NCBI GenBank assembly: GCA_016214655.1
Contig: JACROC010000005.1
Span: 195,078 to 259,077 of the forward strand
DNA: 64,000 nucleotides
Direction: 5' to 3'
Source of the DNA: Candidatus Harrisonbacteria bacterium
GTDB lineage: Bacteria > Patescibacteriota > Minisyncoccia > UBA6257 > 02-FULL-45-10c
The notes below the pieces were generated by a model. It searched no databases. It saw nothing but the letters and a program-made list of their open reading frames with translations, and was not told where the DNA came from. A program made the position numbers and the translations under genes. Of the stretch, positions 29,507 through 39,117 are shown piece by piece (position 1 is the stretch's first letter; the number at the start of each line of letters is the position of its first letter).

Positions 29507-29702
29507 TTCCGTTTCTCCTTTTTATCCGTTGCCTGACCGCCGTCCGTATTTGGCAGCCATAGCCAGAAAACCTCAATATTTAAGGGCTTTTGGCTATGGC
29601 CATCTTACAAATTACTAAATATAGTATAGCACTATTAGAGCTATTTTGTCAAGTTCGCCGTAGATAAACTACAATTATTTTTAACAACTAATATGAGGAA
29701 AT

Positions 29703-29799
29703 AAAATAAGGTTTTTGGATATTCAGGCTGGCGGTGGGATCGATTTCGCTCCCTTTAGGGAGCTTTATAAATATAGGCGATATCCAAAAACCTTATTTT
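29703..29799. repeat. 20-bp perfect inverted repeat enclosing a small hairpin
   Basis: aaaataaggtttttggatat (29703-29722)/atatccaaaaaccttatttt (29780-29799). Confidence 0.8.
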
Positions 29800-30551
29800 G
29801 TTTCCGAATCCCACTCTTTAATGGCTTTTTCCCAACGCTGTAAATTCCCACAGTCATGCCACTTCCCTTTTGATTTATAAGCCGCAAGTTTTCGTTCGGC
29901 GGCAAGCTTCGGAAAAAGGTCCTTTTCAATCATTAAAAATTTTTCACCGCTTTGTATTTTGTCGCTTAAATGTTCACGCACTTTCGGGTCAATTAAATAA
30001 AGACCCGAAGAAATAAAATTTGTCGGCGGATTTTCCGGTTTTTCCAAAAAACTGTGGATGTGATCGCCATCGCAAATTAAAACACCATACTCCTGCGGAT
30101 TTGATACTTCCACTGCCGCAATAGTTGCCAATCCTCCGACCTTGCGATGGTGGGCCGCCATTTCAGTCAAATTTACCTCTTTTAATTCATCGCCATTAGT
30201 TAAGAAAAATGGCTCACTGCCAGTCCAGGTATGTAGCTTATGTGCCCAATAGCCAAGCGTACCCATTGGCTCCTCCTCAACCATCAAATTTACCCACACG
30301 CCGCCAAGGTCATTCTGCCAACGCCGCAACCACCAAGAAAAATCTTCAAAATCACCTTGCCTGACCGTAATAGCAACTTCTTCTATGCCATGCTTTTTAA
30401 ACATCTCGATCAAATAATTTATGATCGGTTTTTTATTGACAGTTAAAAGCGGTTTTGGAGTTTCCAAGGTCACCGGATAAAGACGAGCGCCTTTCCCGCC
30501 GGCTAAAATTATTGCTTTGCGAACTTTCTGCATATTATTAAAATACAACAA
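29793..30551 (-). CDS. NDP-sugar pyrophosphorylase/nucleotidyltransferase
   Basis: AIILAGGKGARLYPVT..PKPLL, NGD, FLEKP, WHDCG. Confidence 0.9.
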   Translation of the reverse strand: MLYFNNMQKVRKAIILAGGKGARLYPVTLETPKPLLTVNKKPIINYLIEMFKKHGIEEVAITVRQGDFEDFSWWLRRWQNDLGGVWVNLMVEEEPMGTLGYWAHKLHTWTGSEPFFLTNGDELKEVNLTEMAAHHRKVGGLATIAAVEVSNPQEYGVLICDGDHIHSFLEKPENPPTNFISSGLYLIDPKVREHLSDKIQSGEKFLMIEKDLFPKLAAERKLAAYKSKGKWHDCGNLQRWEKAIKEWDSETK

Positions 30552-30587
30552 ATTTTAAGTAATAAAAGTCATAGAGCTAATTTTGCT

Positions 30588-30737
30588 AATATCCGTCGCT
30601 TTCTTCCGTGCGGCAATTACGGAACCCTGAAATACTTGGATTTTTGCGAAGCAAAAAATTTCAGGGTGAGGCATAGGCGCTCCGATCCGCAGGAGATCGA
30701 AGACGCCGGTGCCGGTAGGAAGAAAGCAATGGATATA
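30588..30737. other. Structured intergenic element (three-way junction)
   Basis: atatccgtcgctttcttcc/ggaagaaagcaatggatat closing stem; accctgaaat/atttcagggt and ggcgctccgatc/gatcgaagacgcc arms. Confidence 0.5.
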
Positions 30738-30751
30738 AATAAAAATTAAAT

Positions 30752-31105
30752 AAAAAAAGGCCGGGGAAACCGATGTCGCGTTACAGGCGACTGGTTTCCC
30801 CGGCGGGTAAAACGTTGGCAACGCCCCATCTTAAGCCGTGTATAGGCAGGATGGATAGCGTTGCCAAAATTGGCGGTCGGAAAATGCACTTGGCACTTCA
30901 GGGGGTCGAAGTTTACCTTGGCCCCCTTACTATGCACGCCTTTTGCTCAATTGCCCCCACTTTAGAATAAAGGGGCGGGAGTCGGATGGTTGGCGACCTG
31001 GGAGGATTTCTGCGATCGCCGCGCTAAGGCTCCCATTGAGCAGTCAGGTACCCGCGAAATTATTTGCCTTTCGTGGGTTGCATTTTCCGACCAAATCAAA
31101 GAACG
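30752..31105 (-). ncRNA. Candidate large structured ncRNA, family unknown
   Basis: 14-bp long-range helix 30875-30888/31079-31092, many hairpins, TTGACA-16-TATTGT promoter (31145-31118), terminator 30760-30804 plus U-tract. Confidence 0.65.
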
Positions 31106-31317
31106 AACTGTAAATATACAATAGCATACTATAAAATTTTGTCAATAGTGACAAATCTTAGAATGGGTTATATAATTTACAATAAATTTGAATAAAGTAC
31201 CCCGTATAAATTTTACTCTTGGATATAGTAAAGATAAAATTTATACGGGATGCTCATTTTTGCAGCCAATCGGGCTGCGTTAGTAAATTAACTTGCCCTC
31301 TTGGGCAAAAATGGCAC

Positions 31318-31893
31318 ATGCTAAGCTACAACGAATTAAAAATTGGAACGATGTTCAAGTTTGAAGGAACTCCGTATGAGGTGCTGGATTATGAGTTCCT
31401 CCGGATGCAACAGAGAAAACCGGTCGCCAAGACTAGGATTAAAAATCTGCTTACGGGCCAAGTAATTGAACGAAACTTCCACCAAAATGAATCGCTGGAA
31501 TCCATAGAAATAGACAGGCAGGAGATCGTCTACTTATACAATAATCGCGGTGAGTTTTGGTTCTGCGAAAAAGGCAACCCGAAGAACCGCTTCAAACTGG
31601 AAGAATCCAAAATCGGACCGGCTGCAAAATTCCTAAAATCAAACAGCGAAGTCACGGCTGTAAAACTGGATGACCAGATTATCAGCGTTAAAGCGCCGAT
31701 TAAAATTGATTTGAAAATTACCGAAGCGCCTCCAGGAGAACGAGGCAACACTGCCCAAGGCGGAAGCAAGCTGGCTACCGTAGAAACTGGCGCTCAAGTT
31801 TATGTGCCGCTCTTCGTAAACACGGGTGATGTCATACGGGTAAATACAGAAACCGGACAATACGTTGAAAGAATGGAAAAGTCCAAGGAATAA
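31318..31893 (+). CDS. efp: Elongation factor P
   Basis: MLSYNELKIG..RMQQRKPV..PPGERGNTAQGGSK.A.VETG..VPLFVN.GD..GQYVER. Confidence 0.95.
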   Translation: MLSYNELKIGTMFKFEGTPYEVLDYEFLRMQQRKPVAKTRIKNLLTGQVIERNFHQNESLESIEIDRQEIVYLYNNRGEFWFCEKGNPKNRFKLEESKIGPAAKFLKSNSEVTAVKLDDQIISVKAPIKIDLKITEAPPGERGNTAQGGSKLATVETGAQVYVPLFVNTGDVIRVNTETGQYVERMEKSKE

Positions 31894-31895
31894 CT

Positions 31896-33521
31896 TTATT
31901 CTTGTTCACCCATATCCTCAAAATCATCGTCTAATGTGTCGGCAGAACTTAAGGCCTTTGCCAAAGCGGATTTTAAATCAGTAATATCCACCTTTTTCTT
32001 TTCTTGCTTCGGCACTTCCGGCATAGCTGGTTTTGGGATTACCGGTACAACCGGTTTTGGCATTGTCGGAACGGTCTCCTTTGGCGCCACCCCAGAAAAA
32101 GGTTTCGGTGGGCGAGACGATAAAGATTTGCGCCGCTCCGGACTGCCGACAAAAGAATCAATCGGCTTTAAAACTTTGATCAACGGCAGTTCGCCTTTTC
32201 TGGATATCTTTTCTTCTGCCGCCCTTTCTCCCCCCGCCATCCATTCCCCGGCTATTTTTTCTTCAACAATTTTTTTCGGGGTGCTATATTCTCTCCGACT
32301 ATTTTCTATAATTACATCTTTAAAATTTTGATCCGGTATTTTATAAGGAGAAATACCAGTTGCCGAGAACGGCCGGGAAGAAATGCCGTCAATTAAAAGT
32401 TTGATATAAAAATTATGTTTTGGGAGATTTACGAAGTCATTGGCCATAAAATCCGGCTGAAATTCCTTTTCCAAAAATTCCGCGTCTTCAGCGCCGATTC
32501 TATAAGAAACTATCGTCCCGACATTGCCAAAAATAGCATCCCGGACTTTAGTATTGGTGTCATGAACCAATTGCCGGATATATTGGTGGGCCAGAATAAG
32601 ACAAAGGCGATATTTTCTGGCTTCAGATAAAATATTAGCAAAAGAATCAGTAGCGAAATTTTGAAACTCATCAACATAAAGATAAAAGTCTTTGCGGGCG
32701 CTCTCCGGAATATCCACCCGGGACATGGCTGCCAGCTGAAGCTTGGTAATAATCAGAGCGCCTAAAAGTGCTGAATTATCCTCTCCAATTTTTCCTTTAG
32801 ATAAATTTACAATCAAAATTTTTCCCTCGTCCATTATTTTCCGCATATCAATAGAAGACCGGGACTGGCCCAAAATATTACGTATGAGCGGATTAGTAAC
32901 AAACTGTCCAACTTTGTTTTGAATTGCGGCGGTGGCCTCAGTTTCAAATTTCTGGCTGTATTTTGCAAATTCATTTACCCAAAAACCTTTTACTACCGGA
33001 TCTTTTAAGCTATCCACAACCTTTTTACGATAATCTTTGTCATTGAGCATACGCATAATCCCAAGCAAAGTAGAGCCGGGATACTCAAGTAAAGCAAGTA
33101 GGGTATTATTTAAAATGTATTCCATCCGAGCAGACCAAAGATCAACCCAAATTTTTTTAAATACACCCATGATTCCGGATGCTACTAAATGCCGGAATTC
33201 AGTCCCAACCTGCTCTAAAGGATTAAAAGCAATCGGATAATTCATGTCTGAAGGATCTATATAAACCACATCTTTAATACGCTCTGCCGGAACAAAATCC
33301 AGCAATTTTTCAGCAAATTCGCCGTGCGGATCCACTACTCCAACACCTCGGCCAGAAAGAATGTCGGCAATCACCATATTCTCTAAAAAAGTCGTTTTCC
33401 CCATTCCAGTTTTCCCGACCACATACATATGGCGACGGCGGTCATCCATTTTAATACCAAATTCTATCTGCCGGTTACGGAAGTTGATTATACCAAAGGG
33501 GGTTATTTCATCTTTAATCAT
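31896..33521 (-). CDS. TraD/VirD4-HerA-like ATPase (type IV secretion DNA-binding domain family)
   Basis: RRRHMYVVGKTGMGKT, DPHGE, LYVDEFQNF..LSEARKY..AHQY. Confidence 0.88.
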   Translation of the reverse strand: MIKDEITPFGIINFRNRQIEFGIKMDDRRRHMYVVGKTGMGKTTFLENMVIADILSGRGVGVVDPHGEFAEKLLDFVPAERIKDVVYIDPSDMNYPIAFNPLEQVGTEFRHLVASGIMGVFKKIWVDLWSARMEYILNNTLLALLEYPGSTLLGIMRMLNDKDYRKKVVDSLKDPVVKGFWVNEFAKYSQKFETEATAAIQNKVGQFVTNPLIRNILGQSRSSIDMRKIMDEGKILIVNLSKGKIGEDNSALLGALIITKLQLAAMSRVDIPESARKDFYLYVDEFQNFATDSFANILSEARKYRLCLILAHQYIRQLVHDTNTKVRDAIFGNVGTIVSYRIGAEDAEFLEKEFQPDFMANDFVNLPKHNFYIKLLIDGISSRPFSATGISPYKIPDQNFKDVIIENSRREYSTPKKIVEEKIAGEWMAGGERAAEEKISRKGELPLIKVLKPIDSFVGSPERRKSLSSRPPKPFSGVAPKETVPTMPKPVVPVIPKPAMPEVPKQEKKKVDITDLKSALAKALSSADTLDDDFEDMGEQE

Positions 33522-33543
33522 ACGCTAGTATATTGATATCGCA

Positions 33544-34836
33544 TTATCTAATTGGTAAATTTCCAGGCGGTTCGCCTTTCCTAGTTTCTAAACGGCGCAA
33601 CAGCGGCGCCTCAACAGTAACCAAAGGAAAATGGAAGATGGTTGCCAATTCTTCGGTATTCAAAATAGAAAATTTCGGCGGAAACCAGCGCAATTTATAC
33701 ATATCGTAAATCAAACGCTTGCGATAATGCAGTTTTTGCCTGCGAAACCAGCTTTTGGTGGTTAATTTTTTGCTGGTAACAAAAGTAACGGTTTCCGAAA
33801 TTAAACCCAATTTATTCATGTCTTGAGTACTGAATTGTTTAAAAGCGCCCTGAACCGCGGCTACATTAGCCGGTGAAAAACTGTCTTGCCGGTCAATGTA
33901 AATAAAGCGAATTGCGGTTTCAAACCCAAGCTTAGAAATTTTATTTTCTACCCCCTCCAAGATATTTTTTTCTCCGGGTGATAAAGCGAGTATCTTAAAT
34001 TTTTCTTCTTTTTTTTCACCCCCCGGCCAAGTTGGAACTTCTGTCGGAGCAATTGTTAAATTCCTTAAAAAAATAAAAAATTCTTTGATGAGTGATTCAA
34101 GAATGCCGGCCGGCTTCTCTTTTTTCCGCTGCATTATTTTATCCCTGATTTCTTCACCTTCCTTTTTCCAATAATCAGAGACTGGGCGAATCAAATATTG
34201 CAGCCAAATCGCCTCCCCTTCTTTAAGGCGGGACATAACCTCCGTAATAGCTGCTAACGGATCCAAACGCTGTTCCTCAACCTGGGCCTCGAAAAATTCA
34301 TAAGTCCTGATAGGATACGGGCTTTCTTTCGATAAAACATAGTCATTGCCCCACAAGTCATAAACCTCGTTGGGCAGCACGTCCGGCAAAAGGCCGGTAT
34401 AATCTTCCGCTTCAGCAAATTCCGCGTCCGGATATTCCGAATAAATCGCCGATTCTATAAGATTACGGTGGCGTTTTGTACAACGGACATAAAAATGGAC
34501 GCCTCCGGCATAACCCACCAGCTCAAAAGTAAACCAAGACAAATCAGTACCGCTCAAATACCTGTCCTCAAAGGTCATTTCAGTGGCATAAACCGCATGG
34601 AGCGCGGAAAAAATATTTTCCATTGCTTTGGGAGTTTTCAAGATATTTCTGGGAATCTTGATCTCCAGCATCACCCACTCAATACTTTTTTTCCACATCC
34701 GGTTCAGCCCCCAGACCCAAAAACCCTTCCAGACGAAAAATAAGCCGAGGGGCAAAATTGCCCACCAGCTGATTGAAATTACCCGCCAAATATTTTTAAA
34801 AATCTCCAGCTCAAAAGCCAATAGATCAATGCCCAT
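33544..34836 (-). CDS. Conserved CPR membrane-anchored partner of the TraD-like ATPase
   Basis: N-terminal TM, LEIKIP..PKAME..YPIRTY..ILNTEELATIFHFP. Confidence 0.7.
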   Translation of the reverse strand: MGIDLLAFELEIFKNIWRVISISWWAILPLGLFFVWKGFWVWGLNRMWKKSIEWVMLEIKIPRNILKTPKAMENIFSALHAVYATEMTFEDRYLSGTDLSWFTFELVGYAGGVHFYVRCTKRHRNLIESAIYSEYPDAEFAEAEDYTGLLPDVLPNEVYDLWGNDYVLSKESPYPIRTYEFFEAQVEEQRLDPLAAITEVMSRLKEGEAIWLQYLIRPVSDYWKKEGEEIRDKIMQRKKEKPAGILESLIKEFFIFLRNLTIAPTEVPTWPGGEKKEEKFKILALSPGEKNILEGVENKISKLGFETAIRFIYIDRQDSFSPANVAAVQGAFKQFSTQDMNKLGLISETVTFVTSKKLTTKSWFRRQKLHYRKRLIYDMYKLRWFPPKFSILNTEELATIFHFPLVTVEAPLLRRLETRKGEPPGNLPIR

Positions 34837-34840
34837 ATCA

Positions 34841-35037
34841 GTGACCTCTAATTAAATATCTTTAATAAATTGAAATCTTGATTTTGTATCAAGTTCCAGG
34901 CACGACGACGAAATTGTGGTGATAACCACATTGTTGCTCGTCGGAAAGGTAGGTAACCCTACGATTTCCTCCTCGCGCCTTGTATTTATTATAAAATTTC
35001 TCTTATCAATTAGCAAAGATATTTAATTAGAGGTCAC
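34841..35037. mobile_element. MITE-like element with 23-bp perfect terminal inverted repeats and internal palindromic units
   Basis: gtgacctctaattaaatatcttt/aaagatatttaattagaggtcac; internal AGGCACGACGACGAA-GTGG..CCAC unit. Confidence 0.7.
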
Positions 35038-35117
35038 AAATTTTAAAACGTTATTATTAAAAGAACAAAGTGAATAAAAACTACTAGATTCTAGATATTA
35101 GATCCTAAATTCTGCAA

Positions 35118-36176
35118 TTAAACCAAGACAGTATACTTGCCGTCTTCTAAGCGCTTAAAGAATTTGCGGTTTTGCAAATTAATCATCACCGTATTCTTCT
35201 TGAGCATTCTTTCTTTCAGAACTAATCCCAATAACTCCTTCGGAGATAGCGGTCCATGCTGTTTCAGAATTCTTCCCATAACTTCTTTAGCTGTTCCCGG
35301 CATAAGCCCGAATTCCTGCAAACCATACATTCCGCGGCCAACTAAAACAAATCTTTGATCTTTAATTAGTTCATTATGAACAGTTTGTGGATGGGCTAAT
35401 TTCCGAGAATCTTTACGGATTCTATTGATTAATTTCGCAATATCCTGGAAATGCAGCGGCTTTCTTTCTTTCTTTAAAACTATATGCGCCCAATCTCTCA
35501 CGGTTTTCGGATTAACTTCCGGCCAATGGGAAAGGCCAAAATCTCCAAATTCATTAACATGGAAATCCTTAGAAATAGAGATAAAATTTAAGGCAACTAA
35601 ATCTTTCAAATTATGCGGTCCGGTTGCGTCTTTTAAAAGTAAATCGATATTGCCGTGAGTGACTACCTCACCTTTTTTCACTTCCATTAACTTAACCAGC
35701 TTAGCGACAAAACCGGTTGCCTTTTTTTGGTCATCGCCGGATAAATACCAATATGAATAATTATCGTTCCCCTCGGATACAAACTTCGGATCACCGGCCA
35801 CTTCCAGCAAAAAACGGACTTTATTTCCAAGATATTGAGTATTGGGATCGCCGACCATCATCTTAAGATCAGTCAAAAGCAAAGCTTCCCGGCGAACTCC
35901 CCCGATATTCTTTAAATGAGTTTTAACCAGATTAACGAAAGATCCATCGGTTTTAGCCAAAAGAACTCTGACTTCCTGAAGAGCTCCGGCCTCTATCTGG
36001 CGCACTCGCTCGCGGGTAATAGAATTTTTCTCGCCGATTTCCGCTAAAGTTCTGACCTCGCCATCTTTCAAACCATAACGCCCTTCCAGCACTTCGCGCT
36101 GTCTTTGGTCCAAACTAGCCAACACGCCGGAAACCAATTTAGAAACATTTATATTCATTGGTTTATATAATACCAC
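35118..36176 (-). CDS. Sigma-70 region-4 HTH plus RpoE(delta)/HARE-HTH-like protein
   Basis: RYGL..TLAEIG..ITRERVRQIE; PLHF..HPQTVHNELIKDQRFVLVGRGMYGL. Confidence 0.8.
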   Translation of the reverse strand: MVLYKPMNINVSKLVSGVLASLDQRQREVLEGRYGLKDGEVRTLAEIGEKNSITRERVRQIEAGALQEVRVLLAKTDGSFVNLVKTHLKNIGGVRREALLLTDLKMMVGDPNTQYLGNKVRFLLEVAGDPKFVSEGNDNYSYWYLSGDDQKKATGFVAKLVKLMEVKKGEVVTHGNIDLLLKDATGPHNLKDLVALNFISISKDFHVNEFGDFGLSHWPEVNPKTVRDWAHIVLKKERKPLHFQDIAKLINRIRKDSRKLAHPQTVHNELIKDQRFVLVGRGMYGLQEFGLMPGTAKEVMGRILKQHGPLSPKELLGLVLKERMLKKNTVMINLQNRKFFKRLEDGKYTVLV

Positions 36177-36270
36177 AGCTATTTATAAATAGCAAGCCAT
36201 AGCATTAACTTTTAAATTATTAATATAATACCACGACCCAATAAAATAAGTCAATAGCTTAACCAATAAC

Positions 36271-37158
36271 CTAGTATTTAGGCTTAAAAAACGTCAATAG
36301 CGGGCTGGCAACAAAAATCGATGAATAAGTGCCGGTAATTGTTCCTACCAGGATCAGAAGAGTAAAATAGCTCAGATTATGCGCCCCGAACAAATAAAGC
36401 GCCACCAAGACCAATACTAAAGTAAGGGAGGTATTAACCGATCTTGCAAAAGTCTGATTAACGCTGGCATTAACAATTTCACTGAAATTTTCTTTATGCT
36501 TGGAAAGCAAAAGATTCTCCCGGATACGGTCAAAGACTACGATAGTATCATGAACCGAAAACCCCATTACTACTAAGATTGCCACTATAAAATTAGTATC
36601 CACTTCAGCTCCGCGCAACTGTCCCAAAATGGCAAAAGCTCCAGCTGGTATTAAAGCATCATGAAACAAAGTTACCAAAGTTATAAATCCATACTTCCAG
36701 GAACTGACCGGATAAGAAACCTTCCTAAACGCAAAAGCAATGTAAAGTGAAATTCCCAACAGCACTAAGAAGAAAGCTAGGAGAGCGCGATTTCTAAGTT
36801 CATAACCAATCGCGGGACCGATGCTGGCAAAACTCAACTCCTCCATCTCACCAAATTGGGAATTTAGCTGGCGAAGCAATTCCTGGTGCCGTTCCTCACC
36901 AATCTCCTTGGTCCGGATGGAAAATTCTTTCGGCGTTGCACCCTGCCTGACTAAAACATCTTCCAAACTCTGGGTTGCCAAAAATCCATTTAATCCATCT
37001 AAAGTCGCGCTTTCGGAACTAAATCGCAATTGCCAGAGAGTCCCGCCGGCAAAATCAATCCCTTGCTTGAAACCAAAAAACACTATACCAACAACTGCGG
37101 CTATAGTTAAAATTGTAGAAAAACCAATGAATATATATTTGTACTTTATAATGTTCAT
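36271..37158 (-). CDS. secF: Protein translocase subunit SecF
   Basis: GIDFAGGT, GFSVHDTIVVFDRIREN, GTYSSIFVASP. Confidence 0.96.
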   Translation of the reverse strand: MNIIKYKYIFIGFSTILTIAAVVGIVFFGFKQGIDFAGGTLWQLRFSSESATLDGLNGFLATQSLEDVLVRQGATPKEFSIRTKEIGEERHQELLRQLNSQFGEMEELSFASIGPAIGYELRNRALLAFFLVLLGISLYIAFAFRKVSYPVSSWKYGFITLVTLFHDALIPAGAFAILGQLRGAEVDTNFIVAILVVMGFSVHDTIVVFDRIRENLLLSKHKENFSEIVNASVNQTFARSVNTSLTLVLVLVALYLFGAHNLSYFTLLILVGTITGTYSSIFVASPLLTFFKPKY

Positions 37159-38417
37159 AATTTTGAAAATGCCCTTAACATTGTTCTGGTGACTGTTATG
37201 GCGCTGAACATACTCATCACCACACCAATCAGCAGAGTCAGCGCAAATCCTTTAACAAAACTAGAAGTAAGATAAAAAAGAATCAAGGAAGTAAGAATGG
37301 TCGTAAAATTGGAATCCCTGATAGATGTCCAAGCACGGTTAAAACCGGTATCGATAGCCGCGCCGCGTGAGGATCCCCTTCTTAACTCTTCTTTGGTGCG
37401 CTCAAAAATTAAAATATTGGCGTCCACTGCCATCCCGATGGAGAGAATAAAACCGGCTATACCGGCAAGCGACATAGTGATAGAAAACAATTTAAAGACT
37501 GCCAAAGTCAGAACAATGTAAATACAAAGAGCTGCTACAGCAAAAAACCCGAGACCGTGATAATACAAAAGCATGAACAACATCACCGCAAAGGTACCGT
37601 AAACTCCGGCCCAGATCATTTTCTGAAGAGAATCTTGGCCAAGCGAGGCTCCAATGGTCTGCTGATTGACCAATTTAATCGGCGCCGGCAAAGCCCCGGC
37701 ATTAAAACGTTCCACCAACTTCTTGGCCTCTTGAATGGTGAATCTGCCGGTAATTTGCGCCCGGCCACCACTGATTTTTTCAGAAACCCGCGGAGCGCTC
37801 AGTAAATTATTATCCAAAAAAATCGCCAGTGGCTTGCCGACGTTCCTGCTGGTCACTTCTTCAAAAATTTTTGCCCCCTCACCGGTGAATTCCAAAAATA
37901 TTTGCGGTTCGTTGCCGACTCGTCCGAAAGCCAGCTGAGCTTTTTTAACATAACGGCCGGTAAGTTCGGTGGGCTTAAACTTCGGCTGCTTTTCAAGATC
38001 CGCCTGTTCCGCTGATTTATCCGCCGATTCCGGCATTTCTACTTCAGCAAAAAATAGAAATGGGGTTTCACCAATCTGCTTGATTGCCTCACTGATGTCT
38101 TTTACGCCCGCCAATTCCACCAATAACCTATAAGAACCCCCCGCTTTGGAAGTAACAATACTTGGTTCACTGACGCCAAAAAGATTTACCCGGCGCTCAA
38201 TTACGTCGCGAAGACCTGCTATTACCAAATCGCGGTCTCCGGAAGCTACTCCGGACATATCCACTTCATAAATCAATTGGCTCCCGCCAACCAGATCTAA
38301 TCCCAAGCGCCATGGTAATAATTTATTCACATACGGACTCTTGGGATAGACAAAAAGTCCCGCCGCTACCGCGACCAACAAGATTAAAAGCAGAAGTAAA
38401 AAAGATTTTAAGCGCAT
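37155..38417 (-). CDS. secD: Protein translocase subunit SecD
   Basis: LGLDLVGG, GALPAP, GMAVDANILIFER, VKGFALTL. Confidence 0.96.
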   Translation of the reverse strand: MRLKSFLLLLLILLVAVAAGLFVYPKSPYVNKLLPWRLGLDLVGGSQLIYEVDMSGVASGDRDLVIAGLRDVIERRVNLFGVSEPSIVTSKAGGSYRLLVELAGVKDISEAIKQIGETPFLFFAEVEMPESADKSAEQADLEKQPKFKPTELTGRYVKKAQLAFGRVGNEPQIFLEFTGEGAKIFEEVTSRNVGKPLAIFLDNNLLSAPRVSEKISGGRAQITGRFTIQEAKKLVERFNAGALPAPIKLVNQQTIGASLGQDSLQKMIWAGVYGTFAVMLFMLLYYHGLGFFAVAALCIYIVLTLAVFKLFSITMSLAGIAGFILSIGMAVDANILIFERTKEELRRGSSRGAAIDTGFNRAWTSIRDSNFTTILTSLILFYLTSSFVKGFALTLLIGVVMSMFSAITVTRTMLRAFSKL

Positions 38418-38446
38418 TAAAATATATTCTTAATCAAAAATAAAAT

Positions 38447-39067
38447 TTATTCAACCGCGATCCCGGTGACGGCCGCATCAACCATTGGATGATCATTCTG
38501 ATTACGAGGCAAATTTTCAATTTTAGCCACCACCTCCATACCCTTGATTACCCGGCCAAAGACCGTATGCTTGCCATCCAGCCAAGGCGTTGCTTCGGCA
38601 GTTACAATAAAAAACTGGCTGCCATTGGTATTCGGTCCGGAATTAGCCATAGCCAGCGTTCCACGGACTAGTTTATTAGAATTAATCTCATCTTCAAATA
38701 CATAACTCGGACCGCCAAAACCATCATCAGACCAGTCATTATCTCTGCTATTCGGATCACCACCCTGAATCATAAATTGCGGGATCACCCGATGAAACTT
38801 AGTGCTATTATAAAATCCTTCTTTAGCCAATTTTACAAAATTAGCCACAGTCTTCGGAGCATCTTTGGCAAAAAGTTCCAGCTCAATATCGCCGAAACTG
38901 GTTTTTAAAATCACTGTTTGTAAATCATTTTTTGGCTCCATGATTCGTATTTGTCCGCTTTGATTAGCCGTCAAAACAGATTTGGTTACTTCAACATTCT
39001 GTCCATGCCAATTATAAGCTATTCCAAAAAATCCTGCCAGAACTAACGTGGTAATCAAATATTTCAT
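38447..39067 (-). CDS. Cyclophilin-type peptidyl-prolyl isomerase with signal/anchor
   Basis: [41 protein letters not shown]. Confidence 0.95.
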   Translation of the reverse strand: MKYLITTLVLAGFFGIAYNWHGQNVEVTKSVLTANQSGQIRIMEPKNDLQTVILKTSFGDIELELFAKDAPKTVANFVKLAKEGFYNSTKFHRVIPQFMIQGGDPNSRDNDWSDDGFGGPSYVFEDEINSNKLVRGTLAMANSGPNTNGSQFFIVTAEATPWLDGKHTVFGRVIKGMEVVAKIENLPRNQNDHPMVDAAVTGIAVE

Positions 39068-39117
39068 ATCAAAAGATTTTACCTTAAAAATAGAAAGGCG
39101 TCTAGCGACGCCTAATA

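Larger units (their letters stand above)
26984..29600 (-). mobile_element. Diversity-generating retroelement (target/VR - hairpin - TR - antisense avd - RT)
   Basis: All core parts present; TR/VR mismatches are restricted to TR adenines. Confidence 0.96.

Noticed and set aside
30555-30970. Short ORFs (88, 63, 65 aa) in the structured region
   Set aside because: No RBS, atypical composition, and they overlap strong helices and the terminator.
31896-34836. Conjugative element
   Set aside because: No relaxase, integrase or mating-pair genes; this ATPase/partner pair looks like a routine CPR chromosomal locus.
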